DNA of 55,986 nt from a virus (lineage: Duplodnaviria; Caudoviricetes), in the IMG/VR virus record IMGVR_UViG_3300043411_001213, positions 1-55,986 of that record; one strand, 5' to 3'. Below are positions 8,357 through 17,627 of this stretch, piece by piece (positions within the stretch are counted from its first letter, which is position 1; the number at the start of each line of letters is the position of its first letter). A program made the position numbers and the translations under genes. A model generated the notes under the pieces. It was not told the origin of the DNA. It worked only from the letters and a program-made list of their open reading frames with translations, and made no database searches.

Positions 8357-9231
8357 TGTCACGAGAACTCGACTACGTTGTCGAGCGCCTCACTTTTCTG
8401 CTCCGCATGCATCACAAGGGCAGCAAGGTGAGGCGATTGACATATCGAAGCCTGCCACTACTCACCGACACCATGTTTGACCATGTCAACCTATCCAGCG
8501 TCATGTCTCCGGCAACTCCGAAGACGGCGATCGAGGCTGAGCAGTTGTTCGACGCCTTTCTGTACCCATTGATTGATGGGTCCGGGGATTCGGCGAGCGA
8601 GCTCGAGATTGCCGGGGGCGCTGCTCTAACAGAGTGGGTGATGCGCGGAGTGACGTTTGGAGAGCAGGTTGTGCGCCTGCTCTTCGCTGTTTCGAACGTC
8701 GACGGGGTCAGGCGTGTAATCGATGACAGAACCTTCACGGTCATGTTCGAAGATCGCACGTTCGGCATCCGGGACGGAAAAACAGTTTCCCGCTTCTGCA
8801 CAGGGATTGACATTGATGCCGCCCCGCTGGACATCCTGACACGAACAGAGGAGGTGCGAAGCTTTGACCACAACTTCTGCTCACTCTATCGGGAGGCGTA
8901 CCGACGAGGGCAAAAATGCGTGAATGCGATCGTGACCCTGCACATGTTGAATCCGAAGTTTGGGTTCAAGAAGTTGGCTGATCGAAGTCGGGCATTAAAA
9001 GTGCCGACCGAAGGCAAGATCGGCAGTTGGGAACGAACCCTGCTCACTTCCAGGGACCCAGTTGTTGAAATGTACCGAAAGCTTGTGCCGGTGTGGATGA
9101 CCTCTGGAGAATTCAGGCGGGTGTTCGGAAGCATTGAAAAACGCAAGATAAAACCGTCCGAAATGGACATCGCAACCCTCATCACCAAAATGCATCACCA
9201 CTTCCATAAGAATAAGGAAAAACAACAATGA
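8353..9231 (+). CDS. Hypothetical protein (292 aa)
   Basis: Long ORF overlapping both neighbours; no motif recognised. Confidence 0.7.
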   Translation: MMSRELDYVVERLTFLLRMHHKGSKVRRLTYRSLPLLTDTMFDHVNLSSVMSPATPKTAIEAEQLFDAFLYPLIDGSGDSASELEIAGGAALTEWVMRGVTFGEQVVRLLFAVSNVDGVRRVIDDRTFTVMFEDRTFGIRDGKTVSRFCTGIDIDAAPLDILTRTEEVRSFDHNFCSLYREAYRRGQKCVNAIVTLHMLNPKFGFKKLADRSRALKVPTEGKIGSWERTLLTSRDPVVEMYRKLVPVWMTSGEFRRVFGSIEKRKIKPSEMDIATLITKMHHHFHKNKEKQQ

Positions 9232-9767
9232 ATCTTATCGGAATCACCGGCAAGGCCCGTAGCGGCAAGGATACTGCAGCCCGTCACCTTGTCGTGAATC
9301 ACGACTTTGTCCGTCTCGCTTTTGCCGACCCGCTCAAACAGGCGGCACAGGAGATCTTCGGTCTCACCGCAGAACAGACGTGGAGCGATGACCTCAAAGA
9401 AGTCATGATCCCGCGCTGGGGTATGACCCCCCGCAAGATATTCCAACTGCTCGGCACCGAATGCATGAAGCCTTTCTTCGGTGAGGACATGTGGATCAAG
9501 CGACTGGACATCAACTACGACATCCTCAAGGACAGCGACAACGTCGTGGTCACGGACGTACGCTTCGACCCGGAGGCTGACTACATCCGCAGCAAGGGTG
9601 GCATCATCGTCGAGGTTCGCCGCGGCGACGGCCTCGCTGGCGAAGCTGGCAGCCACGCTTCCGAACGAGGTCTGCGCCTGCCACCCGACATGATCATCGA
9701 CAACTTCGGCACGATCGAGGATCTCCACGACGCCGTCGACGGCCTGATCACTATGTTCGGTGCCTGA
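9228..9767 (+). CDS. Deoxynucleoside monophosphate kinase
   Basis: IGITGKARSGKDT, FADPLK, RKIFQLLGTE and TDVRF..E motifs. Confidence 0.9.
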   Translation: MNLIGITGKARSGKDTAARHLVVNHDFVRLAFADPLKQAAQEIFGLTAEQTWSDDLKEVMIPRWGMTPRKIFQLLGTECMKPFFGEDMWIKRLDINYDILKDSDNVVVTDVRFDPEADYIRSKGGIIVEVRRGDGLAGEAGSHASERGLRLPPDMIIDNFGTIEDLHDAVDGLITMFGA

Positions 9768-10029
9768 CATGCACATCGAAGACAATGAGAAGTGTGCCGA
9801 CCCGCTGGATCACGCGAGCAAGATCGCCGATCAACATGCGAGTGACAAGGTCAAGGAGATCAGCCGTCTTGCTGCCCCAGAACAGGTTCAGAACCCTGAT
9901 GGGTCGTGGCCTGTGACGGAATGCGTGACATGCGGGGATGACCTGATCCCGGCACGCCTGGCCCACGGTTTTATCCGCTGTGTCCCGTGCAAGAGCAAGC
10001 TGGAAAGGCTCAAAAATGGACTGGGTTAA
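9760..10029 (+). CDS. TraR/DksA-like C4 zinc-finger protein
   Basis: DPLDHA (DxxDxA coiled-coil tip) and CVTC...ARL...CVPC zinc finger. Confidence 0.75.
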   Translation: MPDMHIEDNEKCADPLDHASKIADQHASDKVKEISRLAAPEQVQNPDGSWPVTECVTCGDDLIPARLAHGFIRCVPCKSKLERLKNGLG

Positions 10030-10321
10030 AGCAAAGCTTGTTCGTGCTGCTGCGATCAAATCGATGCAGGACCAGCTTGAGCAGGCAGAACCGATTGGTC
10101 TGCCTCTCTGGCTGGTGTCGCTGATGATGACCCCGGTGTTCCTTGGCACGATCGCAATTGCCCTGTTTCGAATGATCTTCGGCATGATCGTGTCGATGCT
10201 TGAACACGCGTTCTGGTTCATCGCCTCGCCGTTCGTTTCGATCTACTTGTGGTGCGACCTCGTGATCGTGTCGTGGTGGTACTTCGGCTGTTTGTGCCGG
10301 AAATTTGCAGGAGAAAAATAA
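10016..10321 (+). CDS. Hypothetical membrane protein
   Basis: Long hydrophobic stretches; overlaps both neighbours. Confidence 0.6.
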   Translation: MDWVKAKLVRAAAIKSMQDQLEQAEPIGLPLWLVSLMMTPVFLGTIAIALFRMIFGMIVSMLEHAFWFIASPFVSIYLWCDLVIVSWWYFGCLCRKFAGEK

Positions 10322-13233
10322 TGACAACACTGCTGGTTGATGTTTCAAGTCTGCTCTGGCAATCGCTGCTTGTTGGCGAGAGCAAGGAGCATGGGTGTAA
10401 GGTCGAATTCAACGGCAAGACGGTGAACGTCAACGGATGGGAACACGGTTACGATTGCGCCATGAGCCACCTGACCGTGGTCATGGGCGAGGTCGAGGTC
10501 ACGTCCCGTAACACCATCTTCGTCGTTGAAGGCAAGATGTCGAAGGCTCGGCGCAAGGCTATCTACGGGGGCTACAAGGACACGCGTGAATCCCGCCCGC
10601 CGGAAGCCTATGTCGAGTTCGAGAAGTGCAAGGAAGCGCTGGTCAAGGAATTCGCCGCTCGCGGTGCCACGATCGTCACCCAAGACGGTGCCGAGGGTGA
10701 TGACACACTGGCCTACCTGACGTCAGTCATTGAGGGCGACATCGTCATCCTGACCCGTGACGGTGACATGACGACGCTGGTCGACGATCGTGTCAGCCTG
10801 TACCAGAATGGTCGCCTGACCAAGGAAAACAAGTACGGCCCGTTCCCCTGCAAGTTCACGCCGATCTACAAGGCGTTGATCGGTGACGGTGACGAGTACA
10901 AGGGTGCCAAGGGGTTCGGCCCCAAGGCATTCCTCGACTTCCTCGTATGGGCCGGAGACCCGGGCCTTGCCGCATTGGAAGGCATGATCAAGCGCCGCAC
11001 CCTGCAAGAACTGGCAGAGGACGTGGCTGAGTTCAAGCCCCTGCAGAAAATCATCGACAGCGAGCAACACGTCTATGAAAGCTACGAGTGCGCCCTGCTC
11101 CACCCTGAGTGGGTCAATCACCCTCGCCAGCCGTTGCAGGTGGTGCGCGGTGACAGTGCCGAATGGTGGGACAAGCTGAACCCACCGGCAGCACCGAAAT
11201 ACACTGCACCGAAGAACCACGCCATTTTTGACTGCGAACTGATCGGCACCGTTAATCCGGTGTTTCTCGTTTGCATGCACGTGCTGGAAACCGGCGAGCG
11301 GCAATCCTTCTGGTGGCACGTCGAAGGTGACATGGATCGTCTGCAGGCACAGCTCGAACGCCAGGACCTGATCTGGGTCAGCTTCAACGGCATTCACTTC
11401 GACCAGCCCATCATGTCGGCAGCGCTCGGTGGCAAGACCCCGACCATGCTCAAGTCCATCGCCAATGAACTGATCCACGGCGATGGCAAGGCGTGGCAGA
11501 TATACGACCAGTTTCGCTTCGACAAGGTTGAGTTTGATCATATCGACCTCATGGAAGTCAGCCCGGGCGTCAAGATTTCTCTGAAGACCTTTGCCGGTCG
11601 CATGGGATACCCGACGATGGTTGACATGCCGTTCGACCACAACAAGGATCTCAGCGCTGAAGAATGTGTTGTGCTGGAGAACTACTGCCAGAACGACCTT
11701 GGTGTCACTGAGTGGCTGTTCAAAGCGCTGCGTTCGGAAGTCGAACTACGCAAGGAGATGAGCGAGGAGCACGGCATTGACCTGCGTTCGAAGTCTGACG
11801 CGCAGGTTGCCGAAGCGATTCTCAAGAAGGTGGCCAACATCAAGGGTCGCGCTGGACACACCCCGAGCTACGTCACCTACACGGCCCCGAAGTTCATCGA
11901 GACCTATAGCCAGACCATCCAAGGCATCGTTGAGCGGGTCGAAGCCACCACGTTCCTGATCAACCCGGCGAACGGCATGGTCCAGTCTCCGGAGTTTCTC
12001 GAGGAGCCGGTGCAACTCGGTCACGGCACCTATCAGATGGGGGTCGGCGGACTGCACTCGACACACGACAAGTGCCTGTACGTGGAAGCGGACGAGGAAA
12101 TGTGCATCTCAGACTTCGACGTCGCTTCGTACTATCCGAACATCATGCTCAAGGCGGGTCTGACGCCGCGGCTTGATGGTGGGGCTGGCGATCGGTTCAT
12201 TGCCGCGTATCGGGATATTTACGATCGTCGTATCGATGCCAAGCGATCTGGAAATAAGAAAATTGCGAATTCTCTTAAAATTGCGCTAAATGGCACGTTT
12301 GGCAAACTCGGCTCGCCCTATTCATCTTTCTATTCACCGGACCTGATGTTGGCCGTGACCATGACCGGGCAGTTGAACCTTATGTGCTTGATTTTCGACC
12401 TGGAATTCAATCCTGAGATCAAGGTTTTGTCGGCCAACACTGACGGCATAGCTATTCACTACCCTGCTCGATTGCGCGATCGGGTGCTCAAGGTCGTGCT
12501 TGAAAATGCCAAGCGTACCGGGTTCGAGTACGAGGAGACTCGTTACGCCAAGATCGCTATGAAAGACGTCAACAACTATCTGGCGGTTACGGTCGATCTG
12601 CCGACGGCGACCCTGATCTCTGGGGTCGACGGCATCATCGAAAAGGCCCCCGGCTATGTGAGCGTCAAGCGCAAGGGTCTCTATGCCAGCACCGGTTTGA
12701 TGAAAAACCCGACGATGGAGGTCTGCAGCAACATGGCAGTCGATTATCTGAAGGACGGAATCCTGCCGGCTGATGCCGTTAAGAAGTACGGCAACATGCG
12801 CGACTTCGTCGCTATCCGCAACGTCAAGGGTGGCGGCATCCAGTACGACCAGATCGTTGAGGTCGACGACTGGGTGCTGGTCAACGACCTTGGCACCAAG
12901 GACAACGAGTGGAAACGCCAGGCATGGATCGATGCCGGTCTGGATCGCGCCCCGGTCAAGCGCAAGTCGTGTCCTGCCCCCGTTGAAATTGGGGTCGGTG
13001 GCGAGGCTTTTGGCCGGATCGCCCGCTGGTACATGCAGAAGGACGGCAAGATGCCAATCAACTACGTCGGCTCTGGCAATCGGGTTCCGAAAACCGAAGG
13101 CGCGAAGCTATGCATGACGTTGCCTGATTCGCTGCCTGACGACCTCGACCTTGATTGGTATGTTTCAGAGGCGTTGTCGATCCTGAAAGATATCGGTGTC
13201 AATCTTGAATCACAAGGAGAAGAACAAGAATGA
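10321..13233 (+). CDS. Family B DNA polymerase with N-terminal 5'-3' (FEN/T5-like) nuclease and proofreading domain
   Basis: 5' nuclease: LLVD, YKDTR, EGDD, RDGDM, GAKGFGPK. Exo I-III: FDCE, FNGIHFD, YCQND. PolB: DVASYYPNI, KIALNGTFGKLG, NTDGI. Confidence 0.88.
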   Translation: MTTLLVDVSSLLWQSLLVGESKEHGCKVEFNGKTVNVNGWEHGYDCAMSHLTVVMGEVEVTSRNTIFVVEGKMSKARRKAIYGGYKDTRESRPPEAYVEFEKCKEALVKEFAARGATIVTQDGAEGDDTLAYLTSVIEGDIVILTRDGDMTTLVDDRVSLYQNGRLTKENKYGPFPCKFTPIYKALIGDGDEYKGAKGFGPKAFLDFLVWAGDPGLAALEGMIKRRTLQELAEDVAEFKPLQKIIDSEQHVYESYECALLHPEWVNHPRQPLQVVRGDSAEWWDKLNPPAAPKYTAPKNHAIFDCELIGTVNPVFLVCMHVLETGERQSFWWHVEGDMDRLQAQLERQDLIWVSFNGIHFDQPIMSAALGGKTPTMLKSIANELIHGDGKAWQIYDQFRFDKVEFDHIDLMEVSPGVKISLKTFAGRMGYPTMVDMPFDHNKDLSAEECVVLENYCQNDLGVTEWLFKALRSEVELRKEMSEEHGIDLRSKSDAQVAEAILKKVANIKGRAGHTPSYVTYTAPKFIETYSQTIQGIVERVEATTFLINPANGMVQSPEFLEEPVQLGHGTYQMGVGGLHSTHDKCLYVEADEEMCISDFDVASYYPNIMLKAGLTPRLDGGAGDRFIAAYRDIYDRRIDAKRSGNKKIANSLKIALNGTFGKLGSPYSSFYSPDLMLAVTMTGQLNLMCLIFDLEFNPEIKVLSANTDGIAIHYPARLRDRVLKVVLENAKRTGFEYEETRYAKIAMKDVNNYLAVTVDLPTATLISGVDGIIEKAPGYVSVKRKGLYASTGLMKNPTMEVCSNMAVDYLKDGILPADAVKKYGNMRDFVAIRNVKGGGIQYDQIVEVDDWVLVNDLGTKDNEWKRQAWIDAGLDRAPVKRKSCPAPVEIGVGGEAFGRIARWYMQKDGKMPINYVGSGNRVPKTEGAKLCMTLPDSLPDDLDLDWYVSEALSILKDIGVNLESQGEEQE

Positions 13234-13793
13234 TGAACAACATCATGTTGGATCTGGAAACCATGGGCAACGGCCCGATGGCGGCCATCGTCGCCATCGG
13301 CGCCGTTGAGTTCGACATTGGCACTTGCGAGCTTGGGCGTGAGTTCTATCGCGTCGTTGATCTGGAGTCGTCCATGCGCCTCGGCGGTGTTGTGGACGCA
13401 TCCACCGTCATGTGGTGGCTGGGTCAAAGCCTTGAGGCCAGATGCGGTATCAACCCGAAATTCGGCAAGTGCTCGCTCTCGAACGCATTGATTGATTTTC
13501 GAGGTTGGGTGATGCAAGGCGTTGAAGACTTTGACGATGTACTGATGTGGGGCAACGGAGCCACATTCGACAACGTGATCCTGTCCTCGGCCTATCGAAA
13601 CGCCGAACTGGAGCGCCCGTGGCGTCACTGGGGTGATCGCTGCTATCGCACGGTGAAGTCGTTCTTCCCGCAGACACCGATCGAGCGCATTGGCGTACAT
13701 CACAACGCACTCGACGACGCGAAAAGTCAGGCTCTGCACCTGATCGAAATGATCGGTCAGAAACCTGACATTTCCGACCAAAGTGTGCAGTGA
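13230..13793 (+). CDS. 3'-5' exonuclease (DEDDh, RNase T/exoVIII N-domain-like)
   Basis: MLDLETMG, WGNGATFD and HNALDDA motifs. Confidence 0.85.
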   Translation: MMNNIMLDLETMGNGPMAAIVAIGAVEFDIGTCELGREFYRVVDLESSMRLGGVVDASTVMWWLGQSLEARCGINPKFGKCSLSNALIDFRGWVMQGVEDFDDVLMWGNGATFDNVILSSAYRNAELERPWRHWGDRCYRTVKSFFPQTPIERIGVHHNALDDAKSQALHLIEMIGQKPDISDQSVQ

Positions 13794-14011
13794 TGCAGAC
13801 CCGCCTGATGTCCCTGATCGAGACCCTGACAAACATCGCAGTCGGTCTCGTCATCAGCCTGATCTCTCAGCTGGTGATCTTCGGCGCCTACGGCATTGAG
13901 TTGTCGTTCGGGCAGAACGTCCAGATCGTGCTGTGGTTTACCGCCATCAGCATCGTCAGGAGCTATGCATTGAGGCGCGTTTTCAATCGTTTCGTCAGGA
14001 AGCCATCATGA
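13790..14011 (+). CDS. Small two-TM hypothetical protein
   Basis: SLIETLTNIAVG...SIVRSYALRRVFN; overlaps neighbours. Confidence 0.7.
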   Translation: MMQTRLMSLIETLTNIAVGLVISLISQLVIFGAYGIELSFGQNVQIVLWFTAISIVRSYALRRVFNRFVRKPS

Positions 14012-14484
14012 AAAAGTACTCTTTGGAATGGTGGCAGGCCCAGCCCCCGGAGAAGGTCGGCAAGGAGACCGAGAAGATCGTCGAGAAGCTGTTCATCGAG
14101 TGGAATCACAGTCAGGCATTCGCCTGGCACCGCATGCCAGACGCTCGTGCCGCCCGTGGTCGACTCGCTGCCCAGCCTGCTGACTATCTGTACCGGTGCG
14201 GCGAACACGCAGGCTTCATAGAGGTCAAGGCACTGAAACACGAGTACCGGCTGCCCAAGGATCGGGTCAGCCAATTGCCGACGCTTCTCAAGTGGAACCT
14301 CGCTGGCAGCGACGACCTGATCCTAGTGTTTCACTACATGATCGGGAAGTGGCGCTGGATGTTTCCGCACCAACTCGAAACAGACGTCCCATCTTGGGAC
14401 TTGTCCTGTTTCGTGACGTTTGACAGTGCCGAGGAGGCGCTGAAATCAACTGGTTATTTCAACGTAGGAGAACAAGAAGAATGA
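14008..14484 (+). CDS. RecU-like Holliday junction resolvase (PD-(D/E)xK)
   Basis: QPADYL...FIEVK...QL pattern; lies next to the ligase. Confidence 0.65.
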   Translation: MKKYSLEWWQAQPPEKVGKETEKIVEKLFIEWNHSQAFAWHRMPDARAARGRLAAQPADYLYRCGEHAGFIEVKALKHEYRLPKDRVSQLPTLLKWNLAGSDDLILVFHYMIGKWRWMFPHQLETDVPSWDLSCFVTFDSAEEALKSTGYFNVGEQEE

Positions 14485-15350
14485 GCCAATTCAAACCCCT
14501 TTTGTCTGCCACCATCGAGGACACCGCATCGCTGCGCTACCCAGTGCTGGTCAGCACCAAGCTCGACGGCATCCGATGCCTCGTCATTGACGGCGTGGCG
14601 TGTAGCCGCAACCTGAAGCCAATCCGCAATGCGTATATTCAGAAGTGCATCGGCAAGCCCGAGTACAACGGCCTCGACGGCGAGCTCATCGTCGGCAACG
14701 TCTTTGCCAAGGACTGTTACCTGAAGACCAACTCCGGCGTGATGTCTGCCGACGGCGAGCCCGACTTCAAGTTCCACGTCTTCGATCGTTTCGATATGGG
14801 CCCGTTCCACTTCCGCACCCGCTTCGAGCGGATTCCAAACCTGCCGTTCGTCGAGATCGTGCCGCATTGGGAAGTCTCCTCGGAGATTCAACTGCTCGAT
14901 CTCGAGGCCGAGTTGCTGGCCAAGGGCGCGGAAGGCGTCATGGTTCGCAGCATTGACGGCGCCTACAAGATGGGCCGCAGCACAATCAAGGACGGCATTC
15001 TGGGCAAGCTGAAGCGCTTTGCCGATGCCGAGTACAAGGTTATTGGTTTCCAGGAAAGGATGCACAATGCCAATGAAGCCACAGTCAATGCTCTCGGCCA
15101 CACTGAGCGTAGCAGTCATAAAGAAAACAAGGTCGGTCGGAATGACCTGGGAGCCCTCATTTGTGAAACGCCTGATGGGCAGCAGTTCAACTGCGGGACA
15201 GGTTTTGACGACACCCTTCGCACTGAAATTTGGACGAACCGGGACGCGTACATGGGCAAGTTTGCCAAGATCAAGTCGTTCCTGATCGGGGTCAAGGACC
15301 TGCCCAGATTCCCCGTGTTCTTGGGGTGGCGTGACCCGATCGACGCATGA
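14481..15350 (+). CDS. ATP-dependent DNA ligase
   Basis: KLDGIRC, LDGEL, EGVMVR, KLKRF, GTGF and PRFPVF motifs. Confidence 0.93.
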   Translation: MSQFKPLLSATIEDTASLRYPVLVSTKLDGIRCLVIDGVACSRNLKPIRNAYIQKCIGKPEYNGLDGELIVGNVFAKDCYLKTNSGVMSADGEPDFKFHVFDRFDMGPFHFRTRFERIPNLPFVEIVPHWEVSSEIQLLDLEAELLAKGAEGVMVRSIDGAYKMGRSTIKDGILGKLKRFADAEYKVIGFQERMHNANEATVNALGHTERSSHKENKVGRNDLGALICETPDGQQFNCGTGFDDTLRTEIWTNRDAYMGKFAKIKSFLIGVKDLPRFPVFLGWRDPIDA

Positions 15351-15425
15351 CAAAACTCTGGACAATTACCGCATTGGTGTGCAGTATAGACACCAATGCG
15401 TTTCTCGTTTCCACGAAAGGATAAA

Positions 15426-15683
15426 ATGAGCAACAAATTCTATGCCCAGAAAGGGCGCAGAGCGAAGGTCGCCACGCCGCCACCGGACACCGTGGAGTGC
15501 GAGGTGGTTCGCTTCGTTCTCAAGAGCGCCCAGCACCTTGACCTGAAGCTCGAGACGGTCGAGGAAATCACCGACGAAATCGGCGGCGAACAATGCATGT
15601 GTATCTGCGGCTGCAAGGCGTCCGGTGAGCGGGTTATCGTGCCGTGGCACAACGTGGATTACATTGAGGAGATGGAAGCATGA
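15426..15683 (+). CDS. Hypothetical protein
   Basis: AAAGGA RBS before ATG 15426. Confidence 0.65.
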   Translation: MSNKFYAQKGRRAKVATPPPDTVECEVVRFVLKSAQHLDLKLETVEEITDEIGGEQCMCICGCKASGERVIVPWHNVDYIEEMEA

Positions 15684-15850
15684 AACTGTCAGAACAAATC
15701 GAGATGCTCGCAAGCCACCCGATGTACGTGCATTATTTTCGTATCGATAGCGACGGTGTTCAACTCGACGGCACATTCAATCTGGCGCAACTGGAACTGC
15801 TGGTGAGCCACATCAAAGAACATGGCTACAAGGAGATGGAAGCATGCTGA
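15680..15850 (+). CDS. Small hypothetical protein (56 aa, not in the ORF track)
   Basis: MKLSEQIEMLASHPMYVHYF...EMEAC; GGAG RBS; ATGA overlap; flanked by a 16-bp direct repeat. Confidence 0.6.
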   Translation: MKLSEQIEMLASHPMYVHYFRIDSDGVQLDGTFNLAQLELLVSHIKEHGYKEMEAC

Positions 15851-16878
15851 TCATCAACGACCTACACATCGGTGTCACCCGCCAAGGCGGCACCACGCCG
15901 CAATCCCAACAGGCCCTGCGCGACCACCTTCGCGGCAAGGTTACCGAGTTAATCACCACCGAGTGGAACGAGGTCACGGTCAACGGTGACCTCTTCGACG
16001 GCTTTACGGTTGACGTTCTCGAAGTGGTTCGCACCTACGAGATGTTCGCCGACTGGCTGCACACCACCGGCGGCACGCTGAACCTGATCGCCGGCAACCA
16101 CGACTGGAATCCCCGTGGCGACAAACTGTCGTCGTTCCACCTGCTCTGCCACTTCCTGAAGTCCCACTTCGGTGAGAAGGTCCGCGTCTTCGACGATGGC
16201 TTTGCCCACGTCAGTGGCAATATCTGCTGCATTCCGCACATGCCGAATCAGGAACTGTTCAATATCGAGATTGACAAGGCGATCGAGAACGGTGGTGACG
16301 GCGGTTGGCTGCTTCTGCACTGTAACTACAAGAACACCTTCGCCGAGAATTCTGACCACAGCCTCAACCTGAATGACGACCAGATCGGCAAGTTGATCGT
16401 GGCAGGGTGGAAGCTGGTACTGGGTCACGAGCATCAAGGTTACGAGTTGCGTGGTGGTCGCGTGATCGTGGCCGGGAACCAGTTTCCGACCTCGATCTCT
16501 GACTGCATCGGCGAGAAAGGCAAGCGCTGCCTGCGCACCAACGGCGACGACATGGAGTTCGTCAAAACGTGGTCGCCGGCCGGTGAATATGTCGAGGTCG
16601 ATTGGCGAGACATGAGCATCGGCGATGCCGACTTTATCCGCGTCGTCGGTGAAGCGTCTGCTGTTGAAGCTGCCGACGTGATCAGTGCTATCTCCAAGCT
16701 GCGCCAGCAAGCAAATGCGTTCGTTATCACCAACGCCGTCAAGATTGCCGGCAACGAGGCGATGGCTGACATGGCCGAGGTCTCGCTCGAAAACGTGAAA
16801 GCTTACGACGTCATCGCAGCCATCATGGAACAGCTTGACGAGCGTGAGGCTGAAGTTGTGAAAGGACTGATGGCGTGA
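15844..16878 (+). CDS. SbcD/Mre11-like metallophosphoesterase nuclease
   Basis: DLH, GDLFD, GNHD, H and GHEH motifs; lies upstream of the SMC-like ATPase. Confidence 0.85.
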   Translation: MLIINDLHIGVTRQGGTTPQSQQALRDHLRGKVTELITTEWNEVTVNGDLFDGFTVDVLEVVRTYEMFADWLHTTGGTLNLIAGNHDWNPRGDKLSSFHLLCHFLKSHFGEKVRVFDDGFAHVSGNICCIPHMPNQELFNIEIDKAIENGGDGGWLLLHCNYKNTFAENSDHSLNLNDDQIGKLIVAGWKLVLGHEHQGYELRGGRVIVAGNQFPTSISDCIGEKGKRCLRTNGDDMEFVKTWSPAGEYVEVDWRDMSIGDADFIRVVGEASAVEAADVISAISKLRQQANAFVITNAVKIAGNEAMADMAEVSLENVKAYDVIAAIMEQLDEREAEVVKGLMA

Positions 16879-17627
16879 TTGAAGTAACTGTTCGATTCGG
16901 CGGTAAACCGGTCACGTTAATGATCAAAGATCATGGGATACCGCTCGGCACAGACAAAACTGCCGCTGAAATTTTCGAGGCTATGAGAAACAGCTTCCAC
17001 ATGACAAAACAGCGTTGCTACAACGAGAAATGCCCCGACTACCGCTATTACGGCGGGCGCGGTATTGTGGTGTGTGATCGATGGCTTGAGAGCCCGCTCA
17101 ATGTGTTGGCTGACATGGGGTTACGACCAAAAGCCTATACGCTGGAAAGGAAGAACAATGACGGCCCCTATTCGGTTGACAACTGCAAGTGGGCAACACG
17201 GGCCGCGCAAGGTCTGAATACGCGCCAAACAAAGTTGATCACCTATTGCGGAGAGACGCTCCCCGTTGCCGAGTGGGAAAGGAGGTCCGGCTTTAAGCCT
17301 GGCACTCTCAAAGCACGATTAGGGCCTCTCGGTTATAGCGTCGAAGAGGCGTTCTCGAAACAGGTCAAGTGCGGAGAACTGCTTTCAGGTAGGGAGTACC
17401 CGCATCTTGTAGATCAGTCGTGGCGAACTGTGGAGGCGATGCACGCTAACCCTCAGAAGCCTGTGCTTAGCAATGAGCAGATCGAGCATGTACGTCGCCT
17501 CCACTCTGAACTTGCAATGACATTCACAACAATCGGAAAACTATTTGGTGTTTGCACTCAAACTGCCTCAGAGGCGGTTCGTGGTGTTGGCACTTACGAG
17601 AGGATTGAATATGCTGCTGCGGCTTAA
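16875..17627 (+). CDS. HNH homing endonuclease between the SbcD- and SbcC-like genes
   Basis: KQRC, YGGRGI, LERKNNDGPYSVDNCKW motifs; C-terminal HTH-like segment. Confidence 0.85.
   Translation: MIEVTVRFGGKPVTLMIKDHGIPLGTDKTAAEIFEAMRNSFHMTKQRCYNEKCPDYRYYGGRGIVVCDRWLESPLNVLADMGLRPKAYTLERKNNDGPYSVDNCKWATRAAQGLNTRQTKLITYCGETLPVAEWERRSGFKPGTLKARLGPLGYSVEEAFSKQVKCGELLSGREYPHLVDQSWRTVEAMHANPQKPVLSNEQIEHVRRLHSELAMTFTTIGKLFGVCTQTASEAVRGVGTYERIEYAAAA

Noticed and set aside
10249-10320. Earlier starts given by the ORF track, also at 5120, 13933, 17545, 24683 and 37597
   Set aside because: They overlap upstream genes or promoters; the downstream starts have an RBS or coupled stop-start junctions.
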